Shown piece after piece: positions 27,601 through 33,600 of a stretch of DNA of 37,896 bases. The notes under the pieces were generated by a model. The model was not told the DNA's origin. It saw only the letters and a list, made by a program, of their open reading frames with translations, and searched no databases. Each line of letters opens with the position of its first letter. Positions within the stretch are counted from its first letter, which is position 1. Source of the DNA: an uncultured Clostridia bacterium (GTDB lineage Bacteria > Bacillota > Clostridia > Christensenellales > CAG-1252); contig CAMOUZ010000001.1 in NCBI GenBank assembly GCA_946626795.1, positions 1 through 37,896 of the forward strand. Direction: 5' to 3'. A program made the translations under genes and the position numbers.

Positions 27601-28061
27601 AGGCGGAGGAGGGCAGCCCCGCGGAGTCCGTCAAGCTGACCAACGTCAAGTACAGTGGCAAGACGGCGGTGGCTTATGTCATTACGGTCACGTCGGGCGA
27701 TCCGAACTATGTCGTCGGCACGGAGCTTTCGCCCAAGATCTTTGAGGTCAAGATCAATGAAGTGGGTCTTGATAAAGAGAAGGTCACGGTCACCGTCTCT
27801 TGGAGCGAGGCGCCCGATCCGCATTTCGTCGTCACGGCGTATGTCCAGCCCTTGAACGGTTCGGTGCCCGAGGCAGAGAACGAAGAGAGCTTGACACACG
27901 GATATATTATAAGATATTATGAGTATAATCCCGATGACGAAAGCAGCCTTGATACGCCCGTGACGAGCGGCTTCGAGCACGGCAAGACCTATGCTTGGCA
28001 GGCTTTTGTGAAGGTGGAGAATTATACGACAGTGGAAAAGATCGGTCAGATCACGATCTGA
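21663..28061 (+). CDS. giant lipoprotein (2132 aa), uncharacterised, Ig-like repeat-rich
   Basis: N terminus MRKNKLTFSFLILLLVLSLALSLVLFAAC (lipobox). There are recurrent modules with a V-x-(V/W)-x-W-(D/E) type signature (TVPVVWVPSAASEV, SVKVDRWEGVSAF, IPIVRWEGYEQF, KVEADWDLSAVPADAV, SGVNWEFTEVASV) reminiscent of Big_4-like Ig folds. No catalytic motif recognised. Confidence 0.85.
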   Translation: MRKNKLTFSFLILLLVLSLALSLVLFAACKKKPEETADPNGDVIAVSTAMAVVQNALLSADGSKDQNVFFLSATGRYGEGDDVYDLAIRGAFDITAVNVEDDTRTEFLLEVKKETSSVFRMYYREGDLYVDYPPYLNRAKISDVELAAIVSELYFEKENGALKSVIDLIPTIGSRIFSGCKYYANSETGESRYVFSLSYALLFDSLAELLESADIGVSASEFLSALHITNAAAAALREGSAATVEFYLVNGAFVSAKAEGGSKAIEWTSFSLSKNVVTMDLPAAFENYKEADLRNFALNGTARISFTREEGDIELNYGIAANRLFTEFGHDFTYAVTTHYVAGSGLEGSLVLTEITEEAEKKRLSFVLKGGYLYADLSSFGVGKCKIAREELERRLGILGLTDTGEYTFKDKLRVAALLSGGVTKTGDTVTCVFGKDLFDLLAKKFGFLGVFGVQGATVSWSVADHALSALSAEISFPDAVLSFSDESFSFATLPEGAEILLPADADDYADLAENEATRLSLAGRVSTQSAFSSAGEMLTVLLSSLSGESLSFTVDGNELAYEADFLFAKDGALDRAIIHLGKGSVDSEVVKLYYTSDDPTAFYLIYPAVRAVRRAKRCVLADEPFAAFNAAMGLEREEQNKRIYLAASDDYLMLGANASVGADLIALLSSVHSGLSSRAMAEMAFRRFEISLYAEKKVLAVVFDSHRSVSVTANSFAITHNDSFDITVEVEDIPEDVMLLDDELKSMPSEARVTFPGKSAYKVSLLTEEGGSTWTYEETQVPKAIGGAAVTVPASVSLLGKTVTGTISVDCTAPSQSRLSGSEKEEYAVGFYNQNNRTFTFARYGAYDPHEVVNSFKKAELTILGSARQVEISSWNFKGTSTSGDTTEFEIEPRVKTFFGNEIEAGVTFRLRFTGDKVVRTEYTKEFVAYDKQDPMDPETYPATIEAFTEDGTPVTVPVVWVPSAASEVKDAAEEKALYRLSKTYTIDARIYDCWDKQTYLTLPVSISFTPKILSVNYAHFSFDMSELVGTTTYDATTHTFLIDVLHANSLATTAWGKILPGTFTVENDSARFTMSGVNWEFTEVASVENAVGASGKVTLLVGDSISGYQRKEFDYRFVPATVTKTALLDEDGAVIIESGESVASLYHYEIKDVNVFTYRYPAFIKATYNSGSETGKEYVYRANWSFDRAFTETEIANGGTYVGTSHVGSEPLTLTFIFDKVLVVKTGFATDGENKIAIAASETEDGTELHGGELIYDMNNGEKRLLFSVMGAMSYTVSYLEEKSYPSEILLYLNEETATPVSVKVDRWEGVSAFREKKDVITRGFLDDVVAVVRGQRITVHVYVAPAIFSYDTVYTDDTIAVAETVIFRLLTPNPASEGGYDVVDAGEKANYPENLYIQSSGASTRDTVIPIVRWEGYEQFRDLYKTELKKGTAIERISGKKICTAVIGNDVVGYSNREIEVYLEASELADLDVTAIPLSEEGTESIERIAGAGTHGTFSYAFSLEVNPYFVDPTSLYSYPRYITFKVGGQDAKVEADWDLSAVPADAVKTGNSYTYQGYAGVYGFPIYARIDLGDGFAATRAYLEEAFKKEGMPEMDIRIGVEVNIKARNIDKVYIKNSAGKYSTQSFLYIDSYAAYPFGKDVDENGNAYLDVKVTFAGDTRRYDLKLRYNTQGISLSYDGTGGKTNVTVEVGNESAGYQPIEGYTVSVIENVIEQINVPEAYKLSGAADTIFYQKKPLGEGRFEEVFNPMNATTLETVGLPTVLTITSGGQVRTVYEYRTESAKDTGAVFEWTAEGGHMGIRLWNATVDAAVRGEAQELYNENQASGQLPASVNDLFDILSYRATFGDTAETFITPTRILEEMSAHFLTTEVEAKYQTRYIVREGETTPLGETETLGAGEYAICVKAVGHPLYGDTPVSIPFTVDPKDITEEVRLFRGNQEVESGAEFSYNGVDGYTFTARVRAGYHLRDIALLVKAEEGSPAESVKLTNVKYSGKTAVAYVITVTSGDPNYVVGTELSPKIFEVKINEVGLDKEKVTVTVSWSEAPDPHFVVTAYVQPLNGSVPEAENEESLTHGYIIRYYEYNPDDESSLDTPVTSGFEHGKTYAWQAFVKVENYTTVEKIGQITI

Positions 28062-28085
28062 CACCTTGATCGAATAGGAGGAAAT

Positions 28086-29384
28086 ATGGAAGAAAAAGAA
28101 ACTTTTGAGGGGACGGCGGAAGTCTCCGAAGAGCAGACTGCGGAGAAGATCGAAGAGGCATTCACGACAGAGTCCGCAGAGAAGGAGAGCACCGTTGAGC
28201 TTCGCGAAAGCTATGAGGAAGCGGTCTCCGAGCCCGAACCCCCGAAGAAAAAGAAGCTCAGCAAGAAAAAGCTCATTATCATCATCGTGGCGGCAGTGCT
28301 TGCGGCGGCGCTTCTCGGCTTCTTGCTTTGGTTCTTTATCCCGAGCGGTCCCGGCAGCACGGCGGATAATCTCGTGCTGACCCCCGGAAAGCCGTCCGTC
28401 ACGGCGGTCATCCCCGTGGACGTTCAAGCGAAAGTGGATCTTGCGCTTGCGCCGACGGCGACGGACGCGCAGAAGCAAGAGGCTTTCATCGCGCTTTATA
28501 ATCTCGCGAATCAGAATAAGATCGACGCGGCGCAATGCGTGATGGTCGCGCAGGGCTCCGGCTCCGCGCTCGTTGCGAAGTCGGCGGGCGGCACGATGAC
28601 CGTGCGCGCTTTCAAAGTGCAAGCGAACGGCGAATATTATTATCAGAAAGGCGCGAAGCTCATGGAAGTCACTATGGGCAAGAAGGATGTCATCGAGAAA
28701 GTGCTCGATAAGCAGGAGCGCGCTTATTGCTCCGCGGATAAAAAGACCTGCCGCGCCGTCACCTTGTCGGGCTCGACCGCGCAGGTGGACGGAGATTCTT
28801 TCTCCACGGATATCCCCTTCTTGAAGCTCGGCAGCCGCGATAAGAAAGACAGGCTTCTCGACGAATTCAAGGCGACCTACACCTATGACGAATTCGCCGC
28901 GGCGACCTTCATCTCCGAGGGCGGGGACTGCAAAGAGATCAATAACTTCAAATACGCAAGCGCGGACTCCATCCGCGAAGTGCAGTCTTTCACCTATGAC
29001 GCGAAGGAAGGGTATTACGACATCACCGTCGTGGTGGAAGTGACGGACGAGGCGACGGTCTCGGCGGCGCGCGAATACCTCCGCCAAAGCGCAGACAGCA
29101 AAAATCTCGAATATAAGAAATATATTTTGAACGTGAAGATCTGGGACAATGGCTATATCCGCAGCTTCAAGGACGAAGAGGAATGGGCGGGCGACGCTAC
29201 GATCATCGGCAGCATCAAGGGCGAGAGCAGCAGCGAGACTTGGTACGAAGCGGCGTTCTATTACGACTATAAGTCCCTTACGAATGACGGCATCGTCGAT
29301 AAGAAGGACAAGACCATCACGAAGACGAATTTTGCGAAAGACATCATCGACAAGTACGCGAAAGAAGTGGAATGGGTGAAATAA
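28086..29384 (+). CDS. single-pass membrane protein with acidic cytoplasmic N terminus (432 aa)
   Basis: AGGAGG lies 6 nt upstream. About 55 acidic residues, then KKKKLSKKK, the TM helix LIIIIVAAVLAAALLGFLLWFFI and an extracytoplasmic domain of about 350 aa. It starts 24 nt after the giant gene in the same frame. Confidence 0.8.
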   Translation: MEEKETFEGTAEVSEEQTAEKIEEAFTTESAEKESTVELRESYEEAVSEPEPPKKKKLSKKKLIIIIVAAVLAAALLGFLLWFFIPSGPGSTADNLVLTPGKPSVTAVIPVDVQAKVDLALAPTATDAQKQEAFIALYNLANQNKIDAAQCVMVAQGSGSALVAKSAGGTMTVRAFKVQANGEYYYQKGAKLMEVTMGKKDVIEKVLDKQERAYCSADKKTCRAVTLSGSTAQVDGDSFSTDIPFLKLGSRDKKDRLLDEFKATYTYDEFAAATFISEGGDCKEINNFKYASADSIREVQSFTYDAKEGYYDITVVVEVTDEATVSAAREYLRQSADSKNLEYKKYILNVKIWDNGYIRSFKDEEEWAGDATIIGSIKGESSSETWYEAAFYYDYKSLTNDGIVDKKDKTITKTNFAKDIIDKYAKEVEWVK

Positions 29385-29471
29385 TCCATCCTTGAAAACA
29401 AAGGAAGAAAAGAGGTCGACAAAACCGCACTTCCATTAGGGAATTTTCGGTAAGGCTGTTCTTTGAGAATC

Positions 29472-29500
29472 AGGCGTGGCGTAATGCCACGCCTTTTCTC
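29472..29500 (+). terminator. rho-independent terminator of the 21663-29384 operon
   Basis: Perfect 9-bp stem aggcgtggc / gccacgcct with loop gtaat, then a T-rich tract. Confidence 0.85.
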
Positions 29501-29509
29501 TTGTTTGTT

Positions 29510-29866
29510 TCAGTCGAAGTCGGGGATTTCAACGGCTCCGACGAAGTTGTACATGATTTCTATTGTGTGTTTGTAATGTCCGTCAACTTTCTGCTTTTCG
29601 TTGATCAGCACCTTGTCTATGAACGCTCGCAGGATCTCAGGCGTCAATTCCTTAAAGTCGCTGTAATTGTCCACGAGAGAAACGAATTTTATGATCTCTT
29701 CGGTTTTGTTCTTGGACTTTTCCATATCCGTTTTTAACACAGACACTTTGTCCGTCAACGACCGCTGTTCCGTTTCGTAGTTTTCGCTCATCTTCATATA
29801 GCGTTCTTCGGAAAGTTTGCCTGCTACTTTATCTTCGTAAAGACTTTAAATGATCTTGTCGAGCGT
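29510..29866 (-). pseudogene. C-terminal remnant of a large serine recombinase (DUF4368-type tail)
   Basis: The translation ...TLDKII*SLYEDKVAGKLSEERYMKMSENYETEQ...ELTPEILRAFIDKVLINEKQKVDGHYKHTIEIMYNFVG matches the conserved C-terminal region of Firmicutes transposon and prophage serine recombinases. There is an in-frame TAA at 29846-29848. No resolvase catalytic domain or zinc-ribbon domain is present upstream. Confidence 0.75.
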
Positions 29867-29877
29867 TTTTGTGTTGC

Positions 29878-29986
29878 GCGAAATAGGTGTGTAGAAACAG
29901 TCATCTCGACTTTGTTCGGTGGACAAAAAGCCTCACAGAGCCTACGACCAAACAACGTTTGGTGTAGTAGGCTACACCTATTTCGC
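29878..29986. repeat. 109-bp structured element closed by a perfect 13-bp inverted repeat
   Basis: gcgaaataggtgt (29878-29890) pairs with acacctatttcgc (29974-29986). There is an inner hairpin, cctac-g-accaaa / tttggt-gta-gtagg. Confidence 0.6.
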
Positions 29987-30131
29987 TTCATCTCGTTTTG
30001 CTTGCAATTTGCTTTCCCGAATAGGTCTTTTGTAATCACTTCCGCAAGCGACCAAAAAACGGCTATAAAGGACTATCCCGTGCGTTCATCTGTATCTCCT
30101 TGAAATATGTTTCAAACTGAATACAGACGAC

Positions 30132-30200
30132 AAAAAAGGGCGAACAGACAAAACCTCAGATGTGTTTCCTTAACACAAAATAAGGTCTATCTGTTCGCCC
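30132..30200 (-). terminator. terminator-like hairpin (minus strand)
   Basis: 11-bp perfect stem gggcgaacaga (30138-30148) / tctgttcgccc (30190-30200) with a 41-nt loop. TTTTTT follows on the minus strand. Confidence 0.5.
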
Positions 30201-30375
30201 GAAGTCTCGTGGTTCTCGGTTTCGTACTGTTCTCTCCGCTCACTGCCACAGTTTTCACGCGGTTTAAGTCAATACGGCTTCTGCCAAGTATCATCGCTTA
30301 ACGAACGTCAGCGGCAAGCAATGGTATTTTACCTACCGCCCGTATTCGGTTTGTAGTGTATCACTTTCAGATTGG

Positions 30376-30425
30376 TTTGTAAAGGTTGAGGTGTCGGTTT
30401 TAGCAAACACCTTAACGCTTTTTTT
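30376..30425 (+). repeat. terminator-like repeat unit, copy 1 (TTTGTAAAG + hairpin + T-run)
   Basis: tttgtaaag, then the stem gttgaggtg / caccttaac, then cgc and a T-run. It is a paralogue of 30545-30590. Confidence 0.6.
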
Positions 30426-30455
30426 ATTATATAACAATATCATTGAAAATTCAAA

Positions 30456-30493
30456 TTTTCACTTCCCGGTTTTGGGAAGTGAAAAAGTTTTTT
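30456..30493 (+). terminator. terminator-like hairpin
   Basis: Perfect 12-bp stem ttttcacttccc / gggaagtgaaaa with loop ggtttt, then agtttttt. Confidence 0.6.
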
Positions 30494-30544
30494 GCGAATT
30501 TTTTCTTTCGTGGCACCTTGCCGATCGTATATCACAAAAAACTC

Positions 30545-30590
30545 TTTGTAAAGATTAGGGTGCTGAAGATTTCAACACCCTAACGTTTTT
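30545..30590. repeat. terminator-like repeat unit, copy 2; probable terminator of the 30621-35324 gene
   Basis: tttgtaaag, then the stem ttagggtg (30555-30562) / caccctaa (30576-30583), then cgttttt on the + strand. On the - strand it lies 38 nt after the giant-gene stop and is followed by tcttt. Confidence 0.6.
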
Positions 30591-30620
30591 GCTGGTTTTG
30601 CGGTTTATCCGCCTTGATTG

Positions 30621-33600
30621 TTAGTTCTTTTTGCCGAACTTGACGATGCCTTTCTTGTTGAGCAAGAATAGAACAGCGCAAGCGATCAACGCCAAGAGAA
30701 TCACAGAGCCGATGACGATACCCGCAATGGCTCCACCGCTTAAACCGCCCTTTTGTGTGTTCGGAGTGATTTCAGGCTCGCTCGGAGTCGGATTTACAGG
30801 ATCATCAGGCTCTTCGGGATCAACAGGAGTTGGCATCGTGGCCTCTTCAAAGACTACCGCAAACTTCGAGAAGTGGTTCGTCTCAAACGAGACCTTGCCG
30901 TCCGCAAACGTTGCGTTCATATCCGTTTTGTTGCCTTGCGCGTCAACGTAGTAGACCTTTGCGACTTTACCTTCGGGAACAGCCGTCGTAAACGGAAGTT
31001 TGACAGATACGGTGCCGTTTGCAAAAGTCGTATTGCCGAGCGAAAGTTCGATGACCGACCGGATTCCGTCAAGACCGTCTATGCCGAAATTGGAAGTCAG
31101 GACATTTGCCGTAAGATTTGCCGCATTACCGCCGATAGCGTTTACTGCGTTTGCGTCAAACGTTAGCACGAGATCGCCTGCGCTGATTTTTACTTTGCCG
31201 GTTGCTTGTTTAGCCGCGGCAAAGAGAGCCGCGAAGTCGTTTGCAGTGCCGAGAGCCAAAGAATGCTCAAACACTTTTATGCCTTGCTCGTCGGTTGTAT
31301 AGCTGAATCCGCTTGCGGTAATGGTGCGTTGTTCTTTGTGGCTTTCGTCACGAGAGCATACACGCTCTTCAACGCCGTCCTCCGTTTCGGTTGCGGGTGT
31401 GACGACGTGCCAATCGTCCCAGTCGTGACCGAGCGCCTCCAAAATGCCGTATTCGTCAAGATTTTCAATGAGAAGTTGGCAATTCGCGTCCTCAAAATAC
31501 TTGTTGCAATCCGTGCAGTGGTAGTAGGCTTTTTTGCCCGCCGCCGTGCAAGTCGGATCGACTTGAGCCGTTAGTGTCACGTGTTCGTGGTCGCAATCCT
31601 GAACAGGAATAACAGTGTTTTCACTGCGTCTTTCGTGGCAAACGGAACATTCTTCGTGTTTGATACCGGTTGCCGTCTTGGTTGCGGCTGTATCAACAAT
31701 CCATTGCCAATTGTGCGCAAGTTTGTCGATCTTGCCGTCTCCTGCTTTCCAAGCGTTAAGATCTGCGATTTCGTGCTCGCCGAGCGCGTCCGTAAAGCTC
31801 TTGCCGCATTGAGAACAAGTGTAATATGCTTGAACGCCGTATGCCGAGCAGGTGGCGGGAACTTCGCCGACTGATTCAAGGTGCTTGTGGAATGCGTCGA
31901 TAACGAGCGATTCGGGTTCTACTTCATAGTATTCAGTTTCATCTTGGACGAATTTCTTGTGGCAAACGGAGCATTCAAAGTGCGCGTGATTTCCGTCCGT
32001 GGTGCAAGTTGCGGCAATTGCCGCAACTGCTTGATAGTTGTGACCTGCCTTGATAACGAGCGTGGACGGATCGGCGCATTCTACCCAATGGTTTGCCGTG
32101 TCCTCCACATAATATTTGTCGTATCCGCCGAGCGTAAAGTGCTTGTGCGCTCTCATACCGTCCTCCGTGCAGGTTGCGGCTTGGGAAATAAGCGGAAGTC
32201 CGTCCGCTTCGCCCGTTCTGTAAACCCAGATATATGCGCCGGGGAGATTTTCTTCGCAGATATCGCACTTGTTGGCGATCATGATATACGCGCCGTAGGT
32301 TTCGTCGTTGCCGAAGGTGTAGGTGGTCGTTACGTGTTCGTGCGTGCAGGGAGCAACGACGGTAAGCGCGAAGTGATGACCTTCAAAAGCGCCGCGTTTG
32401 ACGGTGAATTGATCGTCAACGTTCTCGTTGACGATGATTTGATAATCCATCACGACGTACGCGTCGTAAACGCCGTTAAGCGTTTCAATGCCGAGAGCCG
32501 CAAGTTTTGCCGCGCTCGTATCAAAGATCAGGTCTTGCGCGTTGTTGTAAGGTTCCGTTCCGTCGCCGTAGTAGTCGGTTTGGGCGAAACAGATATATTC
32601 AATTTCGCCGTCCTCGTTCGGAATGCCGACGTATAGACGGTAACCCGTGACGAAGTGGTAATAACTTGACGCTTTGTGATTGCCGCGAAACCAGGTTTGC
32701 GCGGTGGTAGAAACGTCGCCGTTTGTGAAGAGATATTCGTAATTTGCGCTTGCGACGTCAATCGTTTCACTGTTTCCAAGTTCAACTGTGACGGGATCGA
32801 TTTCCGCCTCGTCTTCACGAGGGAGAACGACGATCGTAAATCTCATTCTCTCGTCGTTTTCTCTGTTATACTCTATGGATTGAACGTGGCCGAGGCCGTC
32901 ATCGTATTCGGCATAAAATCTGCCGTAATACTCAAACGTGCCTGCCATGGACGTGTCGATATACTTTTTGCCCATACCGTTGTCGTTAAGCCCCGTTTCG
33001 TTTCTCCAATCGGTGCCGATAGACTTCTCGAAGTCGGTTGCATTGCCGTCGGTTGCCTCGAAGCCGATAAGGAACACGTCGCCCAAGTGACATACGAGGG
33101 TGTGCTCGTCGTTGTCGAGCATATAGTCGGAATTGCCTTCCGCAAAGGATACCGAAAGACCGCTCGTAAGGTCGGCGTTAAGCACCGTGCCGTCTTTGAT
33201 GACGAATTTGGCGGCGTCGGAATTGACGGAGCCTGCCGCGTTGGATACAACGCAGCGGTAATACGTGCCGTTGGTCGCAACGCTTCTGTCAACGAGATAG
33301 TTGAAAGCATTGGCACCCTCGATATTCGCCCAAGTAATGCCGTCTTCGGAAGATTGCCATTGATAGGTCAGCGTGCCTTGCTTTGTGCTTGCATAAACGG
33401 CGATCGCGTGCGTGTTGTCGGCTTTTGCAAGATTTGCGCCCTGCGGTTGCGTGGTGATGACAGGCTTCGGCAAGTCGATGAAACTGACGGAAACGTCCTC
33501 GGTGTTGGCGTTTCTCTTGTAGCCGTTTTTGGTGCCCGTCACTTGGCAGCGCACGATGAGCGGATCGGCATTCGTTGTTGCACGGGAGATCGTGAGGGTA

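Noticed and set aside
24672-29087. 1471-aa ORF on the minus strand, spanning both the giant lipoprotein gene and the next gene
   Set aside because: It is a codon-aligned mirror of the sense genes. Its codons occupy exactly the same triplets (positions congruent to 0 mod 3), so antisense stops arise only where the sense strand uses TTA, CTA or TCA, codons this genome almost never uses. The translation is R/H/D/I/L-rich nonsense with no RBS. It is a shadow ORF.
29431-29442. 12-nt match TTCCATTAGGGA at 29431-29442 and, inverted, at 37668-37679, close to both GC transitions of the putative island
   Set aside because: By a rough N-squared over 4^12 estimate, dozens of 12-mer matches are expected by chance in 38 kb when both strands are counted. 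The flanks do not extend the similarity beyond a few T residues. This is not enough to call terminal inverted repeats.
30079-30620. Possible group II intron (GTGCG at about 30080 and an AGCCGTAT-like string on the minus strand near 30280)
   Set aside because: No domain V consensus hairpin (the AGCCGTAT...ATACGGYT pairing is absent), no reverse-transcriptase ORF, and the region is too short.
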